Below are positions 8,056-17,362 of a stretch of DNA of 30,130 bases, one piece after another. The stretch is from a virus (taxonomy: Duplodnaviria > Caudoviricetes). The notes beneath the pieces were generated by a model. It was not told the origin of the DNA and made no database searches. It saw only the letters and a program-made list of their open reading frames with translations. Position numbers and translations under genes: made by a program. The stretch lies in IMG/VR virus record IMGVR_UViG_3300032250_000032, positions 1 through 30,130 of that record; one strand, given 5' to 3'. Each line of letters begins with the position of its first letter. The first letter of the stretch is position 1.

Positions 8056-8130
8056 TTGTAATGCTCCTTAACTGTTTAGCCCCATTTATGAATCGCTAGG
8101 CAATTAGTAAATAAATCAGCGATTAAGTAA

Positions 8131-8158
8131 ATTGTAGCGTATTACTACATATTGTCAA
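8131..8158 (-). promoter_or_regulatory. Leftward sigma70 promoter TTGACA-N16-TACAAT
   Basis: Minus strand reads TTGACA atatgtagtaatacgc TACAAT; AT-rich UP-element-like tract at 8161-8190. Confidence 0.8.
8133..8149. promoter_or_regulatory. Operator-like palindrome TGTAG-N7-CTACA
   Basis: Perfect 5-bp inverted repeat overlapping the spacer and -10 box of the leftward promoter. Confidence 0.6.
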
Positions 8159-8181
8159 CACCTTTTACTAAATAATTTAAT

Positions 8182-8210
8182 TTGTTGTATTCTTACAAAT
8201 AGTGTAGAAT
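8182..8210 (+). promoter_or_regulatory. Possible rightward promoter for terminase genes (TTGTTG-N17-TAGAAT) overlapped by palindrome TTGTA-N4-TACAA (8185-8198)
   Basis: Good -10, weak -35, located 31 nt upstream of TerS. Confidence 0.45.
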
Positions 8211-8241
8211 TAATCTAACTTAATCAATCACTTGGATAAGT

Positions 8242-8547
8242 ATGGATGATAAAAAATCAAAATCTATCAAAGGCGGTAAGCGTGAAGGGGCTGGAAGGCC
8301 TACAGGAGCGTCTAATAAGGTCACCATTGAGGTGAAACAAGCTATTGCAGCCTTTACCTCTGCCAACGCAGATAAGCTTGATTCATGGCTAAATGAGATA
8401 GACGACCCCGCCAAGCGGTTAGACCTTTATTTCAAAGCCCTTGAATACACAATGCCTAAACTTGCCCGTACTGAAGTGGCAGGCGACCAAAAACAACCTA
8501 TTAAGCACACAGTTACATGGAAAATGCCATCTGCTCTGACGAGCTAG
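8242..8547 (+). CDS. terS: Terminase small subunit (putative)
   Basis: GGKREGAGRP.G..NK.T N-terminus, YTMPKLARTE; immediately upstream of TerL. Confidence 0.7.
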   Translation: MDDKKSKSIKGGKREGAGRPTGASNKVTIEVKQAIAAFTSANADKLDSWLNEIDDPAKRLDLYFKALEYTMPKLARTEVAGDQKQPIKHTVTWKMPSALTS

Positions 8548-9881
8548 AGCATGAAATAGATTACTGGCCACGCAAGGTATTTTGGGATTTCCACACTAGA
8601 CAACAGCGTTGGGCTGTGATTGTTGCACATAGACGCTGTGGTAAGACTGTGGCGTGTATTAACGACTTATTGCTACGAGCCATTAACGAAGGTAAAGATA
8701 ACGCTAGGTACGCTTATATAGCCCCGTATTACGCACAGGCTAAGTCTATTGCTTGGGATTACTTAATGCGATATTCCGAGCCTGTACGGGTCAACCATAA
8801 CATCTCAGAACTATGGGTAGAGCTTATGAATGGCTCACGCATAAGGCTATTTGGTGGCGATTCGCCTGACAGCTTGCGTGGAAATTACCTCGATGGCGTA
8901 ATTATTGACGAAATGGCTGACACAAAGCCTAGTTTATGGGGTGAGGTTATACGCCCATTGCTATCTGATAGGCGGGGTTGGGCGGTGTTTATTGGTACGC
9001 CAAAGGGTCACAATACCTTTTACGACATATACCAGTACGCCACGCTAAACCCTAATGAATGGTATAGCAAGACTTTACGGGCAAGTCAGACCAAGATAAT
9101 CGCCCAAGAAGAACTGGATGACGCATTAAAGCTTATGACTGTTGACCAGTATCAGCAAGAGTTTGAATGTAGCTTTGAAGCTGCCATACTTGGGGCTATA
9201 TACGGCACAGAGATGCGACTATTGACCGATGCAGGGCGTATTGATAAGGTTGAGTGCGACACCCTATTCCCTGTGCATACGGCTTGGGACTTGGGCTTTA
9301 ACGATGCTACGGCTATTTGGTGGTATCAGGTCGTACATGGAGAGATACGGGTATTGGATTACCATGAAGCTCATGGGCAACCGATTATCTATTACGCCAA
9401 TCAAATTAAAGAACGACCATACGAATATGGCACACATTGGCTACCCCACGATGCACGAGCTAAAACTTTAGCAAGCGGTGGTAAGTCAATAATTGAACAA
9501 TTAATGGATAAATTGCCCCTAAAAAGCGGAAATTTGTTTAAAATCGTACCTAATCTGTCATTACAAGACGGCATACAAGCTACAAGAATGGCGTTAAGTC
9601 GCACTTGGTTTGATGCCATGAAGTGTTCAGAAGGCATTGAATGTTTGCGTCAGTACCAACGGGAATACGATGAAGATAAGAAAGTATTTAGAGATAAGCC
9701 TAGACATGATTGGACAAGTCATGGAGCGGATGCTTTTAGGATGCTTTCTGTGGCTTGGCGAGATGAAGCAGAAATTGCAAAGCAAAACGCACCGATTCGT
9801 GGCATCGTTGTTGGACAGAATGAGGTTACGCTAGAGGAAATGTGGAAAACCGCCCCACAAAATAAATATCAAAGGTATTAA
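8517..9881 (+). CDS. terL: Terminase large subunit
   Basis: AHRRCGKT Walker A, GVIIDE Walker B, FIGTPKG coupling motif, QEFECSF, AWDLGFND and SHGADAFR nuclease acidic residues. Confidence 0.95.
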   Translation: MENAICSDELEHEIDYWPRKVFWDFHTRQQRWAVIVAHRRCGKTVACINDLLLRAINEGKDNARYAYIAPYYAQAKSIAWDYLMRYSEPVRVNHNISELWVELMNGSRIRLFGGDSPDSLRGNYLDGVIIDEMADTKPSLWGEVIRPLLSDRRGWAVFIGTPKGHNTFYDIYQYATLNPNEWYSKTLRASQTKIIAQEELDDALKLMTVDQYQQEFECSFEAAILGAIYGTEMRLLTDAGRIDKVECDTLFPVHTAWDLGFNDATAIWWYQVVHGEIRVLDYHEAHGQPIIYYANQIKERPYEYGTHWLPHDARAKTLASGGKSIIEQLMDKLPLKSGNLFKIVPNLSLQDGIQATRMALSRTWFDAMKCSEGIECLRQYQREYDEDKKVFRDKPRHDWTSHGADAFRMLSVAWRDEAEIAKQNAPIRGIVVGQNEVTLEEMWKTAPQNKYQRY

Positions 9882-9883
9882 CT

Positions 9884-12184
9884 ATGAACGATACGCTAAA
9901 CAAGACTTACGAAGATTGGTACAACACCATCGCCCAGTACGACAAGTCTTTTAGGGAATGGGAAGCAAGAGTACCAAGAATCATTAAGCGTTATCGTGAT
10001 GACAGCCGTACTCGTAATAACCCCAATGCTCGCTTTAATATTCTTTGGTCTAATGTTCAGGTCATCAAGCCTGCCATCTTTGCCCGTTTACCTAGACCAG
10101 ATGTTTCAAGGCGGTTTCGTGATAACGACCCTGTAGGTAGAGTGGCATCTATGATGCTAGAACGAGCCTTAGAGTACGAAGTCGAGCATTACCATGACTA
10201 TCGCTCCGCTATGGATAACGCTGTGCTTGACCGCTTATTAGGTGGTAGAGGTACAGCATGGGTTCGTTATGAGCCACATATTGTTGCAGAGCAAAATAAC
10301 ATCAATGAAGGTATTGCAGGTCAAATGCCCGAAGATGGGCTACAAATTACAGAGGATGCCGATGAAGCAGAAACGCAAAACGCTGAACTGGTGGAGTCGC
10401 AAGAACGCATTGAATATGAGTGTGCCCCTGTTGATTATGTCCATTGGCGTGATTTTGGTCATACTGTTGGACGGACTTGGGAAGAAGTAACAGCCGTATG
10501 GCGTAAAGTCTATATGAGCCGACAAGCTTTGATTGACCGCTTTGGCGAAGAAGTTGGTAGCAAGATTCCGCTAGACACTAAGCCTGAGTCAGACAAATGG
10601 GCTACCAAACAAATGGCTGCCGAGCATTTCCAAGCCTGTATCTATGAGATTTGGGATAAAGAACAAGGCAAAGTCTTTTGGGTTAGCAAGTCAATGGGCG
10701 AGATTCTTGATGAAAAGGATGACCCACTACAGTTAGAAGGCTTTTTCCCTTGCCCTAAACCAATGTACGCTACATTGACTACAGATAGCCTAGAGCCTGT
10801 ACCTGACTTTGTTCTATACCAAGACCAAGCCAAGCAATTAGACACGCTTGCTGACCGCATAGATGGCTTTATTAACGCCTTAAAAGTACGGGGTGTCTAT
10901 GACGCTTCCGAGCCAAGCCTTGCAAGACTATTCTCTGAGGGTGAGAACAATACCCTGATACCTGTAAAGAACTGGGCTGCTTTTGCTGAGAAACAAGGCA
11001 TGAAAGGGGCTATTGACCTTGTAGATATAACCCCAATCGCTCAAGGCTTGACGATGGCTTATCAAGCTATGGAGCAAGTCAAGGGTCAGATTTACGAGAT
11101 TATGGGTATTGCCGACATTCAACGGGGACAGACAGACCCCAATGAAACGCTTGGTGCTCAGATTATTAAGTCCAATAACGCAGCAGGCAGACTTAAGAAT
11201 ATGCAACACGCAGTCGTTGACTTTGCTACCGAGCTTCTAAGTATCAAAGCACAGATTATCTGCAAGCACTTTACTGACGATACGATTGTCAAGATTAGTG
11301 GTGCAATGCAACTAAGCCCACAAGACCAACAGTTAGTACCGCAAGCCTTACAGCTATTGAAAGACGAACCCGCTAAGAACTTCCGTATTGAGGTAACTAG
11401 CGATTCAATGATTTATCAGGATGAGCAACAAGAAAAAGCCGACAGAATCGAGTTCTTAGGTGCTTTATCCCAGTTTATGAACCAAGCCTTACCAGTAGCC
11501 ACCCAAGCCCCTGAACTAACCCCATTACTGATGGAGATGCTCAAGTTTGGCGTAACTGCGTTTAAGGCTGGCAAAGGTATGGAAGGGCTTATTGATGAAA
11601 CTGCCGACCAATTTAGAAATAAAGCTAAAGCGATGGAAGGACAGCCTAAACCACCGCCAGTTGAAATTCAGAAATTGCAGATGCAGATGCAGGCCAAACA
11701 GGCTGAAATGCAGGTTCAATCTCAGCTTGAAGTACAAAAGCTTCAGGCTCAAACCGAAGCTGAGAAGGCTAAACAGGAATTCCAAGCCCAAGAGAATCAG
11801 CTTAAGTTCCAGTTAGAAGACCAACGCAATCAGCGTGAACTAGAGATGCAAGCACAGTTAGACAAGATGAAAGCCGAGATGGAAAACAATAAAGACATCT
11901 TATTGGCTTACCTTGATAACAGCACTAAAATTGAAACCGCTAGAATTAGTGCAGGCTTTACTGACGGGACTGAAGCATATACCGAAGCAGTTGAGCAGGC
12001 TAAGATTATGCAAGACACAATGGGGTATCACGACATGGCAAACCATCCTTTACAACCCGTTATAGAGAATATGCAAAACTCTAACAATCAGATGGCACAA
12101 GTATTAGCCGCCTTGATTGACAAGTTAAGCCAACCTAAACAAGTAGTACGAGATGAGAATGGCAAGATTGTTGGGGTTCAATAA
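9884..12184 (+). CDS. Portal protein with long C-terminal coiled coil
   Basis: Follows TerL; 766 aa; NILWSNV, FFPCPKP and IYEIMGIADIQRG motifs; Q/E-rich C-terminus. Confidence 0.85.
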   Translation: MNDTLNKTYEDWYNTIAQYDKSFREWEARVPRIIKRYRDDSRTRNNPNARFNILWSNVQVIKPAIFARLPRPDVSRRFRDNDPVGRVASMMLERALEYEVEHYHDYRSAMDNAVLDRLLGGRGTAWVRYEPHIVAEQNNINEGIAGQMPEDGLQITEDADEAETQNAELVESQERIEYECAPVDYVHWRDFGHTVGRTWEEVTAVWRKVYMSRQALIDRFGEEVGSKIPLDTKPESDKWATKQMAAEHFQACIYEIWDKEQGKVFWVSKSMGEILDEKDDPLQLEGFFPCPKPMYATLTTDSLEPVPDFVLYQDQAKQLDTLADRIDGFINALKVRGVYDASEPSLARLFSEGENNTLIPVKNWAAFAEKQGMKGAIDLVDITPIAQGLTMAYQAMEQVKGQIYEIMGIADIQRGQTDPNETLGAQIIKSNNAAGRLKNMQHAVVDFATELLSIKAQIICKHFTDDTIVKISGAMQLSPQDQQLVPQALQLLKDEPAKNFRIEVTSDSMIYQDEQQEKADRIEFLGALSQFMNQALPVATQAPELTPLLMEMLKFGVTAFKAGKGMEGLIDETADQFRNKAKAMEGQPKPPPVEIQKLQMQMQAKQAEMQVQSQLEVQKLQAQTEAEKAKQEFQAQENQLKFQLEDQRNQRELEMQAQLDKMKAEMENNKDILLAYLDNSTKIETARISAGFTDGTEAYTEAVEQAKIMQDTMGYHDMANHPLQPVIENMQNSNNQMAQVLAALIDKLSQPKQVVRDENGKIVGVQ

Positions 12185-14034
12185 TGGCTATTACAGTAAA
12201 ACACAGTAAAGTCAGCACAATTCCTGACGAAGCAGATACAAGTCTTGTACGCCCTAGCGATTGGAACGCTGACCATACCCTAACAGGTACGATAGATATA
12301 GCCAATGGTGGTACAGGGCAAACTACAGCTAATGGTGCGTTCAATGCCTTAGTCCCATCTCAGACAGGCAATACAGGCAAATACCTAACGACTAATGGAA
12401 CAGATACTTCGTGGGCTACAAACCCATTAGGAACAGTTACATCTGTGGCGGCAACTGCTGGAACGGGTATTTCTGTTACTGGTAGCCCTATTACTACTAG
12501 TGGCACTTTAAATATTACAAACACCGCCCCCGACCAAACAGTTGTGTTGAACTCAGGTACAGGTATATCGACTAGCGGTACATATCCTAACTTTACAGTT
12601 ACTAATACCGCACCTGACCAAACTGTAGGTATTGCTAGTGGTACAGGAATATCTGTTACTGGTACTTATCCTAACTTTACTGTAACCAATACAAGCCCAT
12701 CTAGCGGTGGAACTGTTACATCTGTTAGCGGAACTGCCCCCGTAAATGTAGCAAATGGCAGTACTACTCCTGTTATTAGTCTTTCTACAACAGGCACAGG
12801 TAATGTTGTATTGGATACAGGAGCAACCCAAGCTAACCCTACCATTAGCAATTACGAAAACTTTACCCCAACAACTGCACCTGCTTATTCTGAAGGTCGG
12901 GTATGGTACGACAGTTCAGCAAAAGCTGTTGCTTATTACAACGATTCAACTGGAATAAAAGTCCATATTGGTCAAGATTTAATTGTTAAAGTTATTAATA
13001 ACACAGGCTCAACCATTGCTAATGGTGCACCTGTTTACATTACAGGCACTTCTAGCGGTCAGACTTACCCTAATGTGGCATTGGCTAGGGCAGATGTAGC
13101 ATCAACTGCTGCGGTTATTGGACTCACAAATGGCTCTATTGCTAATGGTGCTACTGGCTATGTAACATCGCAAGGTGGTATTGATGGTGTAAATACAGGC
13201 ACATTTACAGTAGGACAAGTTTTATATTTAAGCCCCTATTCTGCTGGTCAGTTAATGAACACCATTCCACCAACAGGAATAACAGTTCAAGTCGGTGTAG
13301 TAACTTATGTAGATGCTTCTGCTGGTCGTATTTATGTTAAACAGACCACGCCTTTAGCAGTACCCGCTTCAATCATTACTGGCACTTTGGGCGTATCAAA
13401 TGGTGGTACTGGTGCTACAACCCTTACAGGATATGTCAAAGGTAGCGGAACAAGTGCATTAACAGCTTCAGGAACTATTCCTACTACAGACCTATCAGGC
13501 ACAGTAACCAACGCACAATTAGCCAATTCAGCCATCACAATCAATGGCACAAGCACAAGTCTTGGCGGTTCAATTAGCGTAGGAACTGTTACAAGCGTAG
13601 GAGCAACCGCAGGTACAGGCATTAGCGTATCAGGTAGCCCAATCACAGGAAGCGGTACTTTAACCATTACCAACACCGCTCCCGACCAAACAGTCGCTAT
13701 TTCTAGCGGTACAGGAATTAGCGTATCAGGAACTTATCCTAACTTTACAGTCACCAATACTGCACCCGATGTACCATTTACCTACACATCAACCTACATA
13801 CCTTTTGGTCAAGGCACTACAACGCCTAACCAATCGGCTAACCTGACCTTTGATGGCACTAGCCTAACCGCCCCAGTTCAACGGGCTAGTAACGGAATTG
13901 TGACTAATAGCAAGACTATTGGCACTAGCTTTACGATTCCAGCAACGGATAACGCCATGTCATCAGGCCCAGTAACGCTGTCGGCTGGTGTAACAGTCAC
14001 AGTTTCTAGTGGGTCACGCTGGGTTGTTCTCTAA
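12184..14034 (+). CDS. Ser/Thr/Gly-rich fibre-like virion protein with internal repeats
   Basis: TNTAPDQTV..SGTGIS.SGTYPNFTV repeats, NGGTG motifs, central VINNTGSTIANGAPVYI domain, C-terminal GSRWVVL module. Confidence 0.75.
   Translation: MAITVKHSKVSTIPDEADTSLVRPSDWNADHTLTGTIDIANGGTGQTTANGAFNALVPSQTGNTGKYLTTNGTDTSWATNPLGTVTSVAATAGTGISVTGSPITTSGTLNITNTAPDQTVVLNSGTGISTSGTYPNFTVTNTAPDQTVGIASGTGISVTGTYPNFTVTNTSPSSGGTVTSVSGTAPVNVANGSTTPVISLSTTGTGNVVLDTGATQANPTISNYENFTPTTAPAYSEGRVWYDSSAKAVAYYNDSTGIKVHIGQDLIVKVINNTGSTIANGAPVYITGTSSGQTYPNVALARADVASTAAVIGLTNGSIANGATGYVTSQGGIDGVNTGTFTVGQVLYLSPYSAGQLMNTIPPTGITVQVGVVTYVDASAGRIYVKQTTPLAVPASIITGTLGVSNGGTGATTLTGYVKGSGTSALTASGTIPTTDLSGTVTNAQLANSAITINGTSTSLGGSISVGTVTSVGATAGTGISVSGSPITGSGTLTITNTAPDQTVAISSGTGISVSGTYPNFTVTNTAPDVPFTYTSTYIPFGQGTTTPNQSANLTFDGTSLTAPVQRASNGIVTNSKTIGTSFTIPATDNAMSSGPVTLSAGVTVTVSSGSRWVVL
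12430..12699 (+). repeat. Protein-level repeat block 1 of the fibre gene
   Basis: GTVTSV.ATAGTGISV.GSPIT.SGTL.ITNTAPDQTV followed by two GTGIS..GTYPNFTVTNT units; codons diverged between copies. Confidence 0.85.
13582..13770 (+). repeat. Protein-level repeat block 2 of the fibre gene
   Basis: GTVTSVGATAGTGISVSGSPITGSGTLTITNTAPDQTVAISSGTGISVSGTYPNFTVTNTAPD, a near copy of block 1. Confidence 0.85.
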
Positions 14035-14516
14035 TGTTTCAAACTGCTTTCCAAGCTAATGCGTTCCAAAACAACGCATTTCAGATAGGTGTAATACCAC
14101 CAACGCCATCAGGATTAGATGGACATGACGGCTTTACACCTGAAGAAATCCGCAGAGCTAAACGCTTAGATGCCAAGATTAGGGCTAGACAGCTTGCACT
14201 TTACAAAGCCCAACAAGAGTCTAAGATACGCAGAAAACAACAACTGCGTGATGCAATCGACCCACCAAAAATTGTTGCTAAACAGAAACAAAATAAACTA
14301 CAATCTATTCAAGAGGTTAAGGCTGGTACACCGCCAGTTGATACTACAGAACTAGAGCAGTCTATCGCCTACCTTGAAAACCAACGAAGTAAGTTGTTAA
14401 AGGCGGTAGAGTTAAGAGGAGAACAGACCCAATTAAGGGTAAAACTCCAAATACTTGAAGCCAAACGACTTGCGGACTTGGATGATGAACACGCTATCGT
14501 TTTGTTGCTTCAATGA
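14034..14516 (+). CDS. Hypothetical protein with N-terminal FQ/AFQ repeats and coiled coil
   Basis: MFQTAFQANAFQNNAFQ; TAATG coupling. Confidence 0.75.
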   Translation: MFQTAFQANAFQNNAFQIGVIPPTPSGLDGHDGFTPEEIRRAKRLDAKIRARQLALYKAQQESKIRRKQQLRDAIDPPKIVAKQKQNKLQSIQEVKAGTPPVDTTELEQSIAYLENQRSKLLKAVELRGEQTQLRVKLQILEAKRLADLDDEHAIVLLLQ

Positions 14517-15406
14517 CACCATTCGGACAGTATAAAAAAGGTTTAGATTTGCTCCACATGGGGCATTACCAATCAGGCTTTCGCTTGTATGAGTTTCGGT
14601 GGCATCCTAAGACTAGGGAAGCATCGGGTGAAAAATGGGATAAATGGGTAAAAGCCCCCAAATGGAATGGTGAACGCCTGTATGGTAAACACATTACTGT
14701 GCAGATGGAACAAGGCTTTGGGGACATTATTCAGTTCTCCCGATTCCTACCAATGCTTAAAGCTTGGGGGGCTAGGGAAGTATCGGTTATGTGCCATCAG
14801 TCAGTTATGCAACTTTTAGGGCAGATGGATTGTATTGACACCCTTTCTTGCATACGAGATGAAGGCAGACCGCTAGAAGCCGATTATTGGGTAGGTAGTA
14901 TGAGCTTGCCCCATTTTGCCCTACACGCCCCCATGTATGTGCGTCAGTCATTCCCTATTAGCCAAACAAAGATTGTAGGCTCTGAGGGCTATTTAAACGC
15001 CATTCCAAGCGATATTGAGCGTAAGGTAGGGGTTAATTGGCACGCTAGTACAGGGCCACTCCATTACATTAAATCCATTGATGTCACTATATTGCGTGAA
15101 ATGCTAGGCAACGATGTCTATTCTTTAAATTTAGCCACAGACGATATATTTCAACCCTTACCCCCTGACGGGTGGAAAGAGAACTTCTTTAAGACCGCTT
15201 GCCACATGAAGTCTATGAAAGCGGTGGTCGCTCCCGATACGGCTACGGCTCACCTTGCTGGTGCATTGGGCGTTAAATGTTTCCTACTATTGCCTGAAGA
15301 TGAATACATCTGTTGGCGTTGGAAAAATGCAACATGGTATGACTCTATCGTGCCATTGCGTAAACAAGATTGGCATAAATTGCCACATTTACTGGAGAAA
15401 CTATGA
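14513..15406 (+). CDS. GT-B fold glycosyltransferase, GT9-like
   Basis: EQGFGDIIQF.RFLP, MSLP, DTATAHLAGALG, WRW...WYDS motifs of the GT9-like domain usually found behind TPR repeats. Confidence 0.8.
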   Translation: MTPFGQYKKGLDLLHMGHYQSGFRLYEFRWHPKTREASGEKWDKWVKAPKWNGERLYGKHITVQMEQGFGDIIQFSRFLPMLKAWGAREVSVMCHQSVMQLLGQMDCIDTLSCIRDEGRPLEADYWVGSMSLPHFALHAPMYVRQSFPISQTKIVGSEGYLNAIPSDIERKVGVNWHASTGPLHYIKSIDVTILREMLGNDVYSLNLATDDIFQPLPPDGWKENFFKTACHMKSMKAVVAPDTATAHLAGALGVKCFLLLPEDEYICWRWKNATWYDSIVPLRKQDWHKLPHLLEKL

Positions 15407-15885
15407 TTACTCAAGAAAAAGTATTAGAACTGTTTGAGTATCGTGATGGCGAACTTTACTGGAAAAAAGATGTAGCTAAAAATGTTAAAAAAGGCTTTTT
15501 GGCTGGCGTACCAAATCCAAGAAATTACAAAATTATTGGTATAAATGGCAAAACATATCGTTCCCACAGGCTTATTTTTTTAATGTTTTATGGGTATTTG
15601 CCAAAAATAATTGACCACATTGATGGCAATACTTTAAACAATAAAATCAATAATTTACGAGAAGCTAAATCTGCCGACAACTCAGCAAATAGCAAACTTT
15701 CTAAAAACAATACAACTGGTGCAAAAGGTGTTTTTTGGAAAAAAAGAATAAAAAAATGGGAAGTTGCTGTGTCATATAACAAACAAAGGCATCATCTTAG
15801 GGTTTATAAAGACTTTGAATTGGCTGAATTAGTAGCTATTGAGGCAAGAAACAAATTACACAAGGAGTTTGCTCGCCATGCCTAA
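15403..15885 (+). mobile_element. Free-standing HNH homing endonuclease with C-terminal AP2-like domain
   Basis: HRLIF...G..P..IDHIDGN.LNN.I.NLR HNH core; NNTTGAKGV.W...KKW AP2-like domain; visibly AT-richer than its neighbours. Confidence 0.85.
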
Positions 15886-16261
15886 TATTATCTGCCCTAA
15901 GTGCGGTTATTCCGAAAGTAACCATGTAGAAACTAAATCAGACAAAGAAAAATACCTAGACTTTTGGGGATTTACGCTTGGTACACCTGAAGCTGAAGAA
16001 GCGTGGAAACAGAAGGAAGAAATGACCGCCAAAGAAGCTCCAATGGTTATGTCAGACATTGATGGCTATGTATCTCAAGTCGATGGCACTTGGATTAGTA
16101 GCCGTAGTCACCACAGAGAACACCTTAAACAGCACCGCATGATTGAACTAGGTAACGATGTACCCAAGCAACATAAGCCTGTTGAAGTAAGCCGTAAAGA
16201 CCAAGAAACCCGTAAACGCAAGATTGCCGAGCTTGCTTACGCCAAACTAACTTATCGTTAA
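15878..16261 (+). CDS. Pre-scaffold hypothetical protein (CPKC; SDI.GY.S.VDG.WISSRS.HREHLK)
   Basis: AAGGAG RBS before ATG 15878; C-terminal motif recalled from proteins at this position in similar phages. Confidence 0.75.
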   Translation: MPNIICPKCGYSESNHVETKSDKEKYLDFWGFTLGTPEAEEAWKQKEEMTAKEAPMVMSDIDGYVSQVDGTWISSRSHHREHLKQHRMIELGNDVPKQHKPVEVSRKDQETRKRKIAELAYAKLTYR

Positions 16262-16270
16262 GGAGCAATC

Positions 16271-17341
16271 ATGGCAGACCGCAGAGAGATGTTGGAAGCA
16301 GCAATGGCAGATGTAGAAATTCCACAAGATGAGGGTAAACCCTTAGAGGAAGAACATGAGGAAATGCAAGAGGAAGTTTCTCAAGACGAACCTGCTCGCA
16401 ATGAGAAGGGACAGTTTGTCGCTCAAGATGAAGCGGTGGCAGAGGAAGAAAGCGTTAAGGCTGTTGCAGAAGATGAGGCTGAATCCGAACAGCCCGAAGA
16501 ACAGCCTGAGGTTAGCGATATACCAAAGCCTACAACTTGGAAGAAAGACCTTTTACCTCTTTGGGATAAGATAGCCAAAGGCGAAACATTAACTAAAGAC
16601 GAAAGTAAAAAACATCTTGAATACCTTAACCAAAGAGAAAACGAGTTTAAAAAAGGCGTTAGCGTATATAAAGCGGAAGCGGAACGAGCAAAGGCTCTTG
16701 AGGAAGCAATTACCCCGTTTGTACCCGAACTCCAAGCACAAGGAATCCACCCTGCCGCATGGATAAACAATTTAGGTCGGGCACACATGATTCTGACCAA
16801 AGCTCCCCATGAACAGAAAGTGCAAATGTTTCATAGACTTGCACAAGATTATGGAGTAAACTTAAATCAAATTAACGAACCGCAACAACCAGTTGACGCA
16901 TATACTCAACAGTTAATGCAACAACTTTATCAAGTTAATCAAGAGGTTAGCACGATAAAAGGGCGGTTTGAGCAAGAAGAACAAGCTCGATTAAATAATG
17001 AGATTGAGCGAGTACGAAGTGACAGAGAGCGGTTTCCGCACTTTGATATGGTTAGGGAAGAAATGGCTCAACTACTTGAGCTAGGTAAGGCCCAAGACCT
17101 TGAAACGGCTTATGCAAAAGCTGTGCGTATGAACGATGAAGCCTTTAGGTTGGAACAGGAAAAACTCCTGAACAACGCTACAAAGCAAGCATCTAAGGCA
17201 CAACAAGTAGCACGAGCCAAAGCAACGGCTGTTAGCCCAAAATCCGTTACTCCTAACGGGACACAAGCAAAAGTCGAAGCAAAGGACAGGCGTTCTCTAC
17301 TGATGGCTCAGATGACCGAAGCAGAGAGCGGTAGGCTTTAA
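16271..17341 (+). CDS. Capsid scaffolding protein (putative)
   Basis: Highly acidic N-terminus, coiled coil, DLETAY.KA motif; directly upstream of the capsid gene; AAGGAG RBS. Confidence 0.75.
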   Translation: MADRREMLEAAMADVEIPQDEGKPLEEEHEEMQEEVSQDEPARNEKGQFVAQDEAVAEEESVKAVAEDEAESEQPEEQPEVSDIPKPTTWKKDLLPLWDKIAKGETLTKDESKKHLEYLNQRENEFKKGVSVYKAEAERAKALEEAITPFVPELQAQGIHPAAWINNLGRAHMILTKAPHEQKVQMFHRLAQDYGVNLNQINEPQQPVDAYTQQLMQQLYQVNQEVSTIKGRFEQEEQARLNNEIERVRSDRERFPHFDMVREEMAQLLELGKAQDLETAYAKAVRMNDEAFRLEQEKLLNNATKQASKAQQVARAKATAVSPKSVTPNGTQAKVEAKDRRSLLMAQMTEAESGRL

Positions 17342-17362
17342 TTAACTTAAAAAGGATATATC

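Noticed and set aside
12430-13770. Repeats in the fibre gene as a CRISPR array or DGR template/variable pair
   Set aside because: They are in-frame protein repeats with synonymous divergence, not identical repeats with spacers or adenine-specific mismatches, and no reverse transcriptase or cas gene is present.
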